NCBI RefSeq assembly: GCF_030222135.1
Contig: NW_026988422.1
Coordinates: 32,810,919-32,874,918, forward strand
Length of the DNA stretch: 64,000 nt
Source of the DNA: Aotus nancymaae
Taxonomy: Eukaryota
Direction: 5' to 3'
The position numbers were made by a program, and so were the translations under genes. Below are positions 44,021 through 59,758 of the stretch, piece after piece (within the stretch, counting starts at the first letter, position 1; each line of letters begins with the position of its first letter). Below the pieces are notes generated by a model. That model was not told the origin of the DNA. It was given only the letters and a program-made list of their open reading frames with translations, and did no database searches.

Positions 44021-44910
44021 AGAGGGGACAGGTGTGAGGTGATGAGCAGTATCAGATAAAAGAAAAAACCTAAGTTTCTGCTTAACTTTCAGTTACTTAT
44101 ATAATGTAATTTAGTCAGAGTGTTACTGTAAATGGGCATTATAGATATACTTATTTTTTTTCTGCCACTGTCCACATTTGTCTTTTTTTTTTTTTTTTAT
44201 ATTCAACAGTTCTTTTCCATTCCTCCTTTTGTACACACTTAATTTTTTTATTTCCTGCTACCACTGTTAGCTTGAAGGATATATAGTCAGCATTTACCTT
44301 TAGTTGCTTGATCCTTTAAAACCTGTAAAAGCCAAGGAAGGGTTCAGTGGAAGTAGTTAAATGTTCATTTAATCAGATCTATAATCTGCTTTGTCTTAAG
44401 CCTGTGCTAATTGGTATTGGATCATGGTATATGCTGGTATTTCATAGTTATATTTTTTCTAGAATGTTTATTGCAATTTTTTTTTTAAAAAAAGTAACCT
44501 GGGGCAAAAGATTTTATATGTCTGTTTTTTTCTAAGACAAATATTGGAGAAAAAAATGTATATTTATATATATATTTGACGATTCCTCTGAAGTAAATTA
44601 TATAGATAACAAATGAATAAAATTATGATACTATAAATTCTAGCTGTATTAGAAGCATGTTTCATTGTGTCAAATTACTTTTAGTGATAGATCATGCTAC
44701 CATTAGAAATTGAGTCACAGTATATGCTATAGTCAGAAGATAGAGTAGGGAATATTACTGTCTTTTTCTTATCCAATATTAGGTCTGTATTTTATCCATC
44801 TCGTAGGTGTTGAGCTCTGTTAAAATTTTTATTGAATACCTTTTGTCGTTTTGTTCCTGAAGATCTATGAGGAGATAGATGCTTATGTTTTTCCCCTTTT
44901 TCCCCCCTAG

Positions 44911-45113
44911 GTAACAACTCCAAGTTTCCTTTGGATAGTTCACCTGTTCGAAATCAGCGAGATGGAGATGGAGATTTTCAGTTCAAACCATTTTTTGTAG
45001 GTTCTCCCACAGCACCTGAACCCAGCAACAGCTTTTTTAGTTTTGCCTCTCCAAGTCGTGAATTAGAGCACCAGCAAGTTTCTAGCAGGGCTTTCAAAGT
45101 AAAAAGAATTTGA
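44911..45113 (+). CDS. CCNB1IP1: CCNB1IP1 last coding exon (NNSKFPLDSSPVRNQRDGDGDFQFKPFFVGSPTAPEPSNSFFSFASPSRELEHQQVSSRAFKVKRI*); 3'UTR continues past an Alu, probably to about 46.0-46.3 kb
   Basis: ORF track 44931..45113. Acceptor cccctag. Stop at 45111-45113. Confidence 0.9.
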
Positions 45114-45290
45114 GCCAGTTACGGTTTCAAGCACCTGTGATCCCAGCTACTTAGGGGGTTGAAGCTGGGAGGATCACTTGTGCCCAAGAATCTGAGGCTA
45201 TAGTAATCTAAGATCATGCCACTGCACTCCAGCTTAAGCATAATAGAATGAGACCCTGTTTCTTAAAAAAAAAAAAAAAAAAAAAAAAGT
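45114..45290 (+). mobile_element. Partial Alu inside the CCNB1IP1 3'UTR
   Basis: Alu right arm plus an A25 tail, directly after the stop codon. Confidence 0.75.
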
Positions 45291-45954
45291 TAAAAGTAAT
45301 TTAGCCAACTTTACAGAATATTTCTACGTTCACCTTCAGTGATTTCATTTAGCAAATACTTTTCTGGATAAGACTCCTGAAGCTGCCTTGTGCTTTTAAG
45401 TCTCTGAAGTTGTCTTCACATTATCAACATAACCAACTCATTAGCAGTGGGGAGTGGTTTAGAGTCTGGTTTTTTTGTTTCTATTATTTAAAGCATGAGC
45501 ATTTTATTAATCTCTATTCCATTGTGAACTGCTGAATTTTCATCCCTAGTGAGAAGGTTACAACAGCATTTGTTTCAATGGATAACTGTTGCTCTCTGGG
45601 CTGTTTCTGACTGAGCTGTGTTTATGCCTTAAGTACCTGTGTTATATGCTACATGTCACTTAGACTTCTGGTATTTATACATGTCTATGTATGTAAGCAT
45701 ATTAATTTCCAGTGATATTTTGCTGTATTTGCCAGTATGTTTATATGAAAATTTTGGTCTTGGTGGGTGCCGTGTGGCTTATTATTTGGGTATGTGTATT
45801 TATTTGTATATATTTATGTATTTACCTTTATATTAACTTATTTGGAGGTATGCTTATGTCAGTGTATGAGAGTACAGTTTGATGCGTGTATGTTCAGTCC
45901 CCATTTGTATTTAAGAATAACTCACGTTGCTAAAGTTATTTTTTAAAAAGTTGA

Positions 45955-46300
45955 TTTTTTTGGCGTTTATGGTTGGCCCTCTATCCACACGTTCTGCCTC
46001 TGCAAATTCAGACAACCATCTATCAAAAATATTCAAGAAAAAAATAAAAAATAATAATCTAACAATAAAAAATACAAATTAAAAACCAATACTGTATAAC
46101 AACTATTTGGATAGCATTTACATTGTAGGTATTATAAATAATTTAGAGGTGATTTAAAGTATTTGGGAGAATCTGTAGGTTATGTGCAAATACGATGCCA
46201 TTTTATAAAAGCGACATGAGCAATCCAAGGTTTTTGGTATCTGTGAGGGTTCCTAGAACCAGTCCCCCAAAAATACCAAAGGATGCTATTTTAAAATAAA
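45955..46300. repeat. Interspersed repeat, family not determined
   Basis: ...ggttggccctctatccacacgttctgcctctgcaaattcagacaaccatctatcaaaaatattc ... ggatagcatttacattgtaggtattataaataatttagaggtgatttaaagtatttgggag... I know this is a common dispersed repeat, but I did not classify it. Confidence 0.5.
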
Positions 46301-46629
46301 GCTATTTCTTTCTTTACCTTTTTGTCAACTGTTGCCTTGGGTTTACTTATTTAGGAATGCACTTCTGCCGAAAGTTTACCAATGTGTTACTGCTCTCAAG
46401 AGATTGTATTAAAATAATTTAAAAGATTAATTCTTGTTTTCCTTTATTAAGTAGTGAGCATTTCTGACTATTATTATGCACATTATGTTATGCATTTGTT
46501 TAAAATGTAGAGCCATAATAGAAATTTGAAGGACATTCTCAGTAACTTGTTTTTTGCTTTCTCATGATGCCTTTATTCCATTCTTCTCATCCTTCAGGTA
46601 ACCATGTTTATTAGATCTTGATTTAGGCT

Positions 46630-46915
46630 TCCAGTGTTTCTTTTTTCTTTCTTTAAATTATACTTTAACTTCTGGGGTACATATGCAGAACGTTCAGGAT
46701 TGTTACATAGTTATACACATGCCATGGCCATTTGCTGCATCCATCACCCCGTCAATCTACATTAGGTATTTCTCCTAATGCTATCCCACCTCTACCCTTC
46801 CACCCACCGAGGGACCCCAGTGTATAATGTTCCCCTCCCCTGTGTCCATGTATTCTCATTGTTCAACTCCCACTTATGAGTGAGAACATGTGGTGTTTGG
46901 TTTTCTGTTCTTGTG
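46630..46915 (-). mobile_element. L1 (L1PA-like) 3'UTR fragment
   Basis: ...ggggtacatatgcagaacgttcaggattgttacatag ... ctcccacttatgagtgagaacatgtggtgtttgg... Confidence 0.8.
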
Positions 46916-47364
46916 TTTGCTGGGACATTCTCAGTAACTTTATGTCCTGTTACAGGAAAGACTTGAAAACATACTGGCTGGGGAGACAGAACATCTGGGT
47001 TCTGGTTATGGTTTTTTCTACTTAGTTTAAACTTTCTTGGACTTAGTCTCTGTATCTGTAAAATGAAGGATTGAATTAAGTTATCCTTATGGCCTTTTCT
47101 AACTCTTAAATTTTATGATTGATTCTTACTAGTTTAGGATGTGTTAACAATGGAATTACCCTAAATGCCAAATCCCATTGTTTTTTAGTAATAAAAATTA
47201 TACTGAAATACTTTGAAGATATTTTATATTTAGTTATTGTAGAAAGGCAATTAAATATCTCTGCTTTACATAATTGAAAAGCAAGTAGTTTCCTTCACTA
47301 GGAATATAGAGTATAAAATCTCTTAAAAATTATTCAGTGTGCACCAAAGTTATTTATTACTGCT

Positions 47365-47650
47365 TTTTTTGAGACGGAGTCTTGCTGCGTCACCCAGACG
47401 AGTGCAGTGGTGCATCTTGACTCACTGCAACCTCTGCCTCCTGGGTTCAAGTGGTTCTCCTGCCTTGGCTTCCTAAGTAGTTGGGATTACAGGTGCATGC
47501 CACCACACCTCGATAATTTTTGTGTATTTAGTAGAGACTGGGTTTCACCACATTGACCAGGTTGGTCTTGAACTCCTGACTTCAAGTGGTCTGCTTGCCT
47601 TGGCCTCCCAAAGTGCTGGGATTACAGGCATGAGCCACTGTGCCTAGCTT
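47365..47650 (-). mobile_element. Alu with a 17-bp target-site duplication agtgtgcaccaaagtta
   Basis: Direct repeats at 47337-47353 and 47653-47669. Confidence 0.85.
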
Positions 47651-48639
47651 AGTGTGCACCAAAGTTAAATTGTCTGAGAAAGAGGATGAAAAATTTCAAA
47701 TTATAAATTTTAAAACATCCCTCATTTTATAGCTAATGACATAGATTTTATAGGTTACAATACAAACTGTTGGAAAATGATTTGAGGAAATGATTTTATG
47801 TACATACATGATTTCTGCCTTGAAAGTTTTGCTTCTTTGTTAGGTTCACAGAATCAGCTTGAAGCTGTAATTAAAACTAAGAAAGTAAAGTGAAACTGTC
47901 AGGAATATTACATGACACTTTAAAAGATATATTCACAAGGTACAAACTTGAAAGTTACAAAAGCATAGAGTGAAAAGTCTACCGCAGTCCCCTAGTCACT
48001 CATTTTTGCTCCAGCCACTCACTTCTCTTTGTAAACAATAGTATTGCCAGTGTCTTGTGTCTCTTTCCGGAGACTATGTAAAAACAAATAATTTATTTAA
48101 AAATTGTTTATATTTGAATAGGTGATGCATATAGATGGCAAGAAAATTCAAAAGGGCAGGCAGTAAAAATTTTCTTTGCTTACCTACAGTTCCCCTGTTT
48201 CTGTTTCCCTCTGCAGAGACAGTCATCATTTCTTATGTATACTTCTGGATGTTGTCTATAAATATGGAGGCATTATTAGTGTACAAATGATGGTTTTATA
48301 AGCAATCCCAAGTGTAGTATTTATTAGGATAGTGCATTAAAATGATAAAGTTACTCATACATAGGAAATTATTGCAAAGTTTGGCAAAGAGTCAATAAAG
48401 TAGCCATTGTACATGGCTTTCAAAATTTCAAACACAGGTATGCACTTCTTAACCTCTCTTCTTTATGGAGTATTATAATCTTGGTATAAGTAAGTAGGAA
48501 AATATGAAACAAGAATATAGTAATTAGGCTGAGAACATTTTGTTTCCAGGATCTGGGAAAGAAACAAGCTTATGAACTCAAGTGATTGTAGAGCATATCT
48601 GTGCTCTACGACATGGGTTAAGTTGGTTTCAAGCAGTGC

Positions 48640-49010
48640 CCTTCAGGTGCAGATAAGCCTCCAGAGCGTCAGATGTCGCTGTGGTTCCGCGGTGTGAGAG
48701 GGCGTGCGTCTCTGTGGTTATAAAGTTGGGGGCGGAGAAGCGTAGAGTAGCTGGGAGATGATGGCTGATGAAGAGGAAGAAGTGAAGCCGATCTTGCAGA
48801 AATTGCAGGTGAGGCCGTAGATTAAAATCTGTATGTGCTTTTGTTCCTCCGAAAGAAGCAGGGAGTCCAGTTTACGTAGTGCCCGCGAATTCCCTGGCAC
48901 ATAGGCGAAGCTGCGTGCGTCTGTGCGGTTACTATAACAACCCTCGAAGGTGCAGCTGCAGCCAGCCAGGGAGCCTCCTAGCGTGCTGGGACCTCCTGCT
49001 GCCGACCTGA
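48640..49010 (+). promoter_or_regulatory. TTC5: TTC5 CpG-island promoter and 5'UTR
   Basis: CpG-rich sequence around the TTC5 start codon. Confidence 0.7.
48758..48808 (+). CDS. TTC5: TTC5 exon 1 coding part (MMADEEEEVKPILQKLQ)
   Basis: Matches the TTC5/STRAP N-terminus. Donor gtgagg. Confidence 0.9.
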
Positions 49011-51111
49011 CTGCGGTTAATTTCAGTCCTGTATGGAAGAGGATTTGTTGCTCCTAACTGTTCATGTATATTTTTAGAGAGGACGTTGTTTTCTTGATTC
49101 ATCCATAGCGAATAGCATATACGTGTGTATTTCAGATCTGCATGAACTATTATTACATGTTGTTTTGATCCCTACAAAAGCCATTTAACACCTTTCCGCT
49201 TTGAATTTGGCAACAATCACACTAATGACCTGCACCGCAAGTATCCTGGTTACTCTTCTTAGGACTTCAGTTTTGATTTTCAACATGTGTAATCCCACTT
49301 TGGGGTCCGATGCAGAGGTTTCCAGATTCCACGTAGTCCACAGGTGACTGTGCTTCTGAGTAAGACTAGTCTTTTGGACTCGGTAGTGTGGCATTAACTA
49401 GTTGCTTGGCTGTTTGCCTTTAAGGATCCAAGATTTTCCTTAAACCTCAGGAACTCAGTTCTTCGTTCTAAGACAGCCTGTGATTTAAATATTAGAACTA
49501 TGACAGGCTTGTAACTTGCCCAAACGCAAAAATTTAAATATTGGTGAAATTTGTTTCTTGAGTACATTAAAATAGTAACACTTTTAGAGTGTTCCAACTG
49601 ATTTGGATTAACTTCGTTTTTTTCCCTAATTGTGACTGGCTGAAATCAGAGATTCTCAATTCTGGTTCTATATTATAAACATTATTTGTGTATATATGTT
49701 TGTATCTGTACAGAAAATAGTCTGAAAAGGTATACAAATCAGTGGTTATCACTGAGGTTGTTCGGGGGTTTTTTACTTTCTGTTTTTTATATGTATCTAT
49801 TTGAATTTTAACAACTTACATGTATTGATTTTGCCGTGAGAATATAAGTTTCTACAAATGTTCGGTCCAGGGGAAAACAAAACCAATTTCTTGAATATTT
49901 GTTTTAACAACTAAAAACGATCAATAAGCCCCTCTCTAAAACTCTTAATTTGCAGCCCTGTTGATTGCAGGACAAAAGGAAATTAGTTGTTATGTTTTAT
50001 GAGAATTGCCTTTTCCTAGGTTCATTTGTGGTAAATGTCCTAAGCAGCTTGGGAGAGGATACTTAGGTTATCTTGGTGTGGGGTAGGTGCAGGAATGGAA
50101 TGAGGGAGAGAAGAGGAAAAGGATTAGATAGTGGTGTTGCTGTTCATGGAGATGGTGGTAAGCTTTTATTTTATTGTTATAGACATTTTGGTGTAAAAGG
50201 AATGTATAAAAGGATATTTCTCAAAGTATTTTTTACAGACAGTTTTCATTACAGTCATCTGGGGTGCCTGTTAAAAATGCAGAATTTTGAGTTCTGCTAA
50301 ACTGTTAAAATCAGAGTCTCTGCAGGCTGAGTCCTGGATGTAATACAATAAAGTGTGAAAAGCATTACTGCAGAGAGTGCTAGTCTGTTCTCTTCATTCT
50401 GGGTAGGATTTTAAATTAAGTATAGCACATATATATTTGTTAGAACAGGGATAGTTAATCAGCTAATTAAATCAAGTATATTGAATGAGAGTCTAGCATG
50501 GCCCAAGCCCTGTTCTGGTGCTCAAGTGTAGCTCGAAACAAAACAGATTAAAGGTCTTTCCATCATGGAGCTTACATTTCAGTGGTGGAGGCAGACAATA
50601 GACAATGATAGGCCACATAATTTTAAATGGTAAGTATGAAGAAAAACGAGTGTGATTTAACAGTATAGGAGAGAAGGAAGGGATTCATTTAGGTTGAGTA
50701 ATTAGGGAAAACCTTTCTGAGAGTTGATATTTGAGCTAAGATGTAAATGTTGATGAGGAATAAGTCATGCAGAGATCTGGAGAAAGTGTCCAGGCATAAC
50801 GAAAAGCATGTGTGAAGGCTTCCAGGTGGGCTGAGCTTGATGGGTTTGAGAAACTGCATGAAGGCCACTGTGGCTTGAGTATTGTAGGAGAGAGAGTGGT
50901 GAGAAGTGAAGTTAGTGTCAGGATGGGTGGTGGTAGGTCAGCTCATATAGTCTTCTAGGCCATGATAAAGATTTGGATTTTATTCTGTCTACGATGGGAA
51001 ACTATTTGAAGGTTTGTGATATGATGTACATTTTTTATAAGATCACTCCCACTACAGTGGGAGAATGGGAGAGTACAGAAACAAGATGACTGGTTGAGAA
51101 GCTCTTGCAGC

Positions 51112-51280
51112 CGGGCGCGGTGGCTCACGCCTGTAATCCTAGCACTTTGGGAGGCCGAGGTGGGTGGATCACCTGAGGTCAGGAGTTCAAGACCAGCCCG
51201 GCCATCATGGTGAAACCCCATCTTTTAAAAAAAAAATAAATAAATAAATAAATAAAAAAAAGAAGAAAAAAAAAAGAAGC
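51112..51280 (+). mobile_element. Alu left monomer plus an A-rich tail, target-site duplication gaagctcttgcag
   Basis: Direct repeats at 51098-51110 and 51283-51295. Confidence 0.8.
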
Positions 51281-51576
51281 TCTTGCAGTTCAGGCAAGTA
51301 ATGAAGCTGATGTAATCCAGAAATGGTCATAGTGAGATAGAGAAAGGTGGATGAATTCAGGATGTGTTGTGAAGAGAGTTGATTAGACTTGATGGGAAGC
51401 GATTATATATTTCTGCTGCTATCCAGTTTCAGGAAAGAATAGGGTGAGTATCTCTTATCTGAAATGCCTAGGACTAGAAGTTTTTTGGATTTTGGATTTT
51501 TAAAAATTTTGGAATATCTGCATATACATAATGAGATAACTCAGGAATGAGACCTGAGTTATGAAATATGAAATGT

Positions 51577-52010
<434 letters not shown>

Positions 52011-52947
52011 AGGAAAAAAAAATTGTTTCATTTAGACTTTATACACATAGGCTGAAGGTAATTTGACACAGTTTTTAAAATAATTTTGTGCCTGAAACAA
52101 AGTTTTGACTGCGTTTTGACTGTGTGTCAGGTGTGGAATTTTCTACTTGTGGTGTCATGTCAGCATTTAAAAGGTTTCGGATTTTGAAGGATTTCAGATT
52201 TTTGGATTAGGGATGCTTGGCCTGTAGTGCAAAAGCTTTGCCTGGTATGACAGGAAGACTCGGAGGCATTTAAGAGGAAAGAGAATATTTACTTGTAAAA
52301 AATCCAAGACAGCCAGAAGATGACTTGACAAAAAAATCAATTAAACAAAACCACAATAAGCATTTCAAAGAACAAAATACTGCAAAAATACCAAAATCAC
52401 CAAGTTCAAATTGGTCTGTTTGTGATGTAAAACAATGACTCTCTAACATGTTTATCATATTCACAAAGGTTGTATTGTATTTTCAGATATCAGCATATGA
52501 AAAATCAGGGATAAAATGGTTTTAGTTAAGAAGTCCAACTTTAAGCATAAATTTCAAAGTGTTATTCTTTAAGGACCAGAACCATATAGAATGATCTTAT
52601 TAATTTTTGGTTTATGTTAAGTTGCATGTTTCCCTCCTCGTGACTGTGGTATGTGAAGTGCTTAGTCATATTAGGAGATCTGCTGGGGCAGGGAGAGAAA
52701 ACGGTCATCACAGTACAGACACTGGCATGGGACAAGAGGGGACCATGAGAGCTGGCCTGGAGTACTGGCTGCTTTTCCTCATGATTTGTGGCATTTTGGT
52801 AAACCTGTCTACCTGCCTATTGTGCCATTCCTAAGTGAGATAAGATAATTGGTATTTTCTAAACCAAGAGCTGGTATGGCTAGCCGATTTCAAGTTTCCC
52901 TGTCCAGTGCTCTCTCCACTTAATGGTTCCATTGTCATACTTTTTAG

Positions 52948-53080
52948 GAACTAGTGGATCAGCTCTATTCATTTCGAGACTGCTATTTTGAGACACATAG
53001 TGTTGAGGATGCTGGGAGGAAGCAACAGGATGTGCGAAAGGAGATGGAAAAGACCCTACAGCAGATGGAAGAAGTAGTGG
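52948..53080 (+). CDS. TTC5: TTC5 exon 2 ([45 protein letters not shown])
   Basis: ORF track 52954..53190. Acceptor tttttag, donor gtatga. Confidence 0.9.
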
Positions 53081-53335
53081 GTATGAGCCCTAGAGATTGT
53101 ACAACCCCCCATCTGTCACTGAAATGTGATCAACCTCTACTCTCTCTTTGTAGACTCTTTGGTATGCTACCTGTTACTGCTACAGGGTAGTACAACGTAA
53201 TATTACTTCTCAGGGCCCCTGTGCAACCTTTCATTCCCTAAGCTACTTTTCCTAAAATTTGATTATAGCAAATAGCATGAAATGAAAGAGCATACTTATT
53301 TGAACTATTGCAGTAATCTGACTTTCTGCCTCTAA

Positions 53336-53668
<333 letters not shown>

Positions 53669-53811
53669 TAATGACCATGGCCATGGTTATCTTTCTAAAT
53701 CATTACTTCATGCATTTAACCTTACCCTCCTATCTGCCTTTTTGCTCTGGTATCTTTAAAGATTCATACTATTGACTAGCTGAAGTCCAACCCCCTTAAC
53801 CTGGCATTTAA

Positions 53812-54145
<334 letters not shown>

Positions 54146-54234
54146 TTTACTCTGTTTTCTAACCTTATCTATGACTAATTACTTATAGAGGAACTTTCTG
54201 TTTCATCCAGGTTGAACTGTCTATTCTCCTGTGA

Positions 54235-54604
<370 letters not shown>

Positions 54605-55061
54605 TTTTTTTTGTTTTAACAGTAGCTGTTTGTCTTGATTCTTCTTCTCTTGACTTTTTAAAGCCCATTTGTTGGGCTACTGTCATATGCTCTTTTTCAT
54701 GGTTTTAATTTTTAATGTCTATACTTTGTCTTCTCCAGCCCTCTAGGAAAGTTAGCAACCAAACTGATCCTTGTAGATAGGGGCCCGAGACACAGATGGC
54801 AGAAGCTCTAGGAATAGTGCTTTTTTTGCTTGGAGATTCTCCAGAAAATTAAAAAGAAAAAAAATAATGCTTTCTTTGTTGCCCAATTAGCTAACATAGC
54901 ATTCTGCTTATGGTGAGCTTTTAATAAATGGTTTCTTGATAAAGATTTTCATCAACTCTTTTTATTCTTAAAACTGACATGTAATTAGTTATTTTTTGAG
55001 AGCAGGTGCCCTGGCATTAACTGTTGCTTTTTTCCACTCTATCTTTTTTTCTTCCTGTTAG

Positions 55062-55273
55062 GTTCTGTCCAGGGCAAGGCACAAGTTCTAATGCTAACTG
55101 GGAAAGCACTAAATGTGACTCCTGACTATAGCCCTAAAGCTGAGGAGCTTCTGTCAAAGGCTGTGAAGCTGGAGCCCAAGCTGGTGGAAGCCTGGAACCA
55201 GCTGGGCGAGGTGTACTGGAAAAAAGGGGATGTTGCAGCTGCCCACACCTGCTTCAAAGGAGCTCTCACCCAT
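55062..55273 (+). CDS. TTC5: TTC5 exon 3 ([70 protein letters not shown])
   Basis: ORF track 55091..55354. Acceptor ctgttag, donor gtgagc. Confidence 0.9.
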
Positions 55274-55522
55274 GTGAGCTGCCCACGATTCCTTTGGAAA
55301 ACACAGATGGGAACGATGAATTTCTTTGGTTCTATGAGTTTCCCTAGAACATGAAAACTAGAGTAGAACTGAGTTTGTACTAGGAGAAGAGAATCAGAAG
55401 GGAGAAAAGGTCAGAGGAAAAGCAGACCTAGAGGAGGAAAATAGAGGCAGAGAGCTGGGAAAGAAAGATGATGATGGGATCAGGTTCAGGTGGAGAAAGG
55501 AAGTGAAGAAAAGTTAGCAACT

Positions 55523-55835
<313 letters not shown>

Positions 55836-55904
55836 TTAAGCTGATCCTTGTAGATGGGGGTTGAAGATACAGATGGCAGCAAGAATTTAGATGAAAAAAT
55901 TAGG

Positions 55905-56030
55905 GCTGGGTGTGGTAGCTTACACCTGTAATCATAGCACTTTGAGAAGCTGAGGCAGGAGGATCACTTGAGCTGAAGAGTTTGAGACCAGCCTAGGCAA
56001 CATAGTGAGACCTTGTCTCTTTAAAAAAAA
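55905..56030 (+). mobile_element. Alu left monomer (FLAM-like)
   Basis: ggctgggtgtggtagcttacacctgtaatcatagc ... A tail. Confidence 0.75.
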
Positions 56031-56333
56031 ATATATATATATATATACACACACACACAAACACACACATATGTATGTGTACATATATGTGTTATATATA
56101 CATGTACACACATATACACACATACGCATATATGTACACATGTACACATATATACACACATACTCATATGTACACACATATACACATATATGTACACATA
56201 TATACACACATACTCATAGGTACACGCATACACACATATGTACACATATATACACACATGTATATACACACAAATATATACACATATATGTACACATATA
56301 AATACACACACACATACACATACATATATATGC
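56028..56333. repeat. Complex (TA)n/(CA)n/(TATGTG)n microsatellite, about 300 bp
   Basis: atatatatatatacacacacacaaacacacacatatgtatgtgtacatatatg... repeated. ORF-track hits here are artefacts. Confidence 0.9.
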
Positions 56334-56335
56334 CA

Positions 56336-56620
56336 GATGTGGTGGCTCATGCCTGTAATCCCAGCACTTTGGGAAGCCAAGGTGGACAGATCACTTGAAG
56401 TTAGGAGTTTGAGACCAGGCTGGCCAACATGGTGAAACCCTACCTCTACCAAAAAATACAAAAATTAGCTGGGTATGGTTGCATGTGGCTGTAATCCCAG
56501 TTACTTGGGAGGCTGAGGCACAAGAATCACTTGAACCCAGGAGGTGGAGGTCACTGTGAGCCAAGATTGTGCCACTGTACTCCATCCTGGGCGACAGAGT
56601 GAGACCCTGTCTTAAAAAAA
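56336..56620 (+). mobile_element. Alu
   Basis: Alu consensus with an A tail. Confidence 0.85.
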
Positions 56621-56625
56621 AATTA

Positions 56626-56922
<297 letters not shown>

Positions 56923-57015
56923 TTAAAAATTAATTGTAGAAGATTGAGTTCAGAATAGATTTAGAAAGAGGAGATAGAATCAGGAAACTTGAGTATATGT
57001 GTTTTCTATTTGCAG

Positions 57016-57166
57016 TGCAGGAACAAAGTCTCTTTGCAAAACTTGTCAATGGTGCTTCGCCAGCTGCGGACTGACACTGAAGATGAACATTCTCAGCATG
57101 TCATGGACAGTGTCCGACAGGCTAAGTTGGCTGTTCAGATGGATGTCCATGATGGCCGCTCCTGGT
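57016..57166 (+). CDS. TTC5: TTC5 exon 4 ([50 protein letters not shown])
   Basis: ORF track 56989..57198. Acceptor tttgcag, donor gtgagt. Confidence 0.9.
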
Positions 57167-57569
57167 GTGAGTGCTCTCAATTTTCAACAGGTTTCTAGAG
57201 CAGATGTTTTCAATCATAGCAACATTTGCAGTCTATCTTTTGAGTCTGACTCTGAGGTTTAAGCCAGGGCATCTTTGCTTTGAAGACACATGAGAGACAT
57301 TTTGGTGAACTACTTTTCTAGGAACTCTTAGATCTTTTGATCCTAATTTTCACATAAGCAAGGCAGGGCTTTTGTACAGTCTGTTCAAATTTCAGTTTGG
57401 GGTCCCTGTTTGTTGCTGTATACTAGTGGAATTTTGGGTGTACTAAGTATTGTATCATTCCTGGTTTCGGTTTCATGTGGGACCTTTCAAATATACTTTC
57501 AAGGATGATCAAAATAAGTCGTATCTTGAACTTGGGCTGAGATGATTCATCACTGTGTTTCTCTTTCAG

Positions 57570-57661
57570 ATATTCTTGGGAATTCATATCTTTCTCTTTA
57601 CTTCAATACTGGCCAGAACCCTAAGATCTCCCAACAAGCCCTCAGTGCCTATGCCCAAGCA
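57570..57661 (+). CDS. TTC5: TTC5 exon 5 ([31 protein letters not shown])
   Basis: Protein match. Acceptor tttcag, donor gtaagt. Confidence 0.88.
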
Positions 57662-59017
57662 GTAAGTACTTACGGTCACCAGGGCAGATGAATAGGCAAC
57701 AACAGAAGCAAAAGCATCATTCAGTCTTCTCCATGGCCCTTTAGCAAGCATCATGGGCAGTGGCAGTGTTTGCTGGCATCTCGTGTGTGATTTTGCAAAG
57801 ATATGTCTGCAGAGGTGACTGACTTCTTATAACTTGAGTGTTAGGAACGACTTGCATTGTGGTACATTGGTGTTGGATAGCTCCTTGACCTGTCTAGGTT
57901 TCTTACACGATGTGCAACCAAATCACAGAGCTGCCTCAACGTGTTCATCTTTTTTTAATGGGAAAAAATCTATTAAAATAATGCTTATTAATATTTTTGT
58001 ACATTCATTTTAAAGAAAAATGAAAACCTATACTTCAGTGTAAATTAAGTGCTATCCCCAAATTAACTGTTAGACAGTATGGCTCTGGATTTTCTGTGGG
58101 CTAAAAGAGAAAACAGTGTGTAGCTTGTTCTGCGTCATTTCCTAGGAATTAAGTGAAATAGGTTATTTAGGTTTTCAAGAAATTTAGGTTTTCAGGCATT
58201 TTTATGTTGATAGACATTTGCATAAGACTTTCCCTCAGACTTTTAGCATCTTTTTACTCATTATTAGAATTGGTTGCTCAGTTAACATTGACCTTTGAGC
58301 ACTTTTTATTTAGCTCTCATATTTACCTTTCTTCTTCTGCTTTCTTGTTTCTCTTGATATAGATAATTGCTTTTTAACTTATCATTATTTATTCTGCTCC
58401 ATGTGGTAGAATAAAGAACACAGCCAGTGTATGTTCATGTTTGCAATTCAGGGACTGCCGTTTAAAATTTTTTTTTTCTCCCCGCTCCTGTCATCCTCCC
58501 CACAAGTCTACCTTTGACTTTAAACTGCTCTTTTCCAACTTGGAAACTTGTAGAGCACTTATATTTTACTCTAATTTCTTAATTTGATGTTTACATTTCA
58601 AAGAATAGTATGATGTATTTCTTCAATATTTTATATTTGGCTTCTGCTAAATAGTCGCTTTTTAATCTTAATTTTTTTGCCCAGACCTGCATTTGTAAAC
58701 ATATCTGAACCAGCTATTTAAACAATTTTAATTCATGGTGTTTTGCTTTTACAATGCACCAGTAATGAGGAGAATTAAAAAAATATAGTGAGCATAGTCA
58801 TGAACATAGCCAGCAGTTTCTTCACAGCACATTGCCTGCACTGTCTTGTGGCATCTGGCCATCTATTTTATCTTTTTTAAAAAAATTCTTTATCTGGCCA
58901 TATATTTTAGTTAGAACCTGAATTTGGCTTTCTATGTGTGTTTTAAGGGGACTTGGATGTAGAAACATGATTCTGCATGTGTCTGGAGCCAGGTTTATGG
59001 GGAGAGGAAATGCATGA

Positions 59018-59417
<400 letters not shown>

Positions 59418-59701
59418 ACGTATTTCATTTATATAAAGATTTATTCTGTCTTTATAATATTACATGGATAAATTATAATCACATTTGAAAGTCTCATACA
59501 TACAAAAACACTTATATTCATAAGGTTTTAGGGACTAACATTCCCACACTGTTATACAGTAACTGCTTCTGCGGTGTAGGTAACATTTTGGCAAGGAAGA
59601 AACTTCCATTTTTCTAGGAAGAGGAAGTGTAGCACATGTTGGGCATGGCAATCATTAACATTGAGACAGGATCCACTGATAAACTTTTTATCCCATTATA
59701 G

Positions 59702-59758
59702 GAGAAGGTTGACAGGAAAGCTTCTAGCAATCCTGACCTTCATCTGAACAGGGCGACG
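59702..59758 (+). CDS. TTC5: TTC5 exon 6 (EKVDRKASSNPDLHLNRAT)
   Basis: Protein match. Acceptor ttatag, donor gtaaga. Confidence 0.88.
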
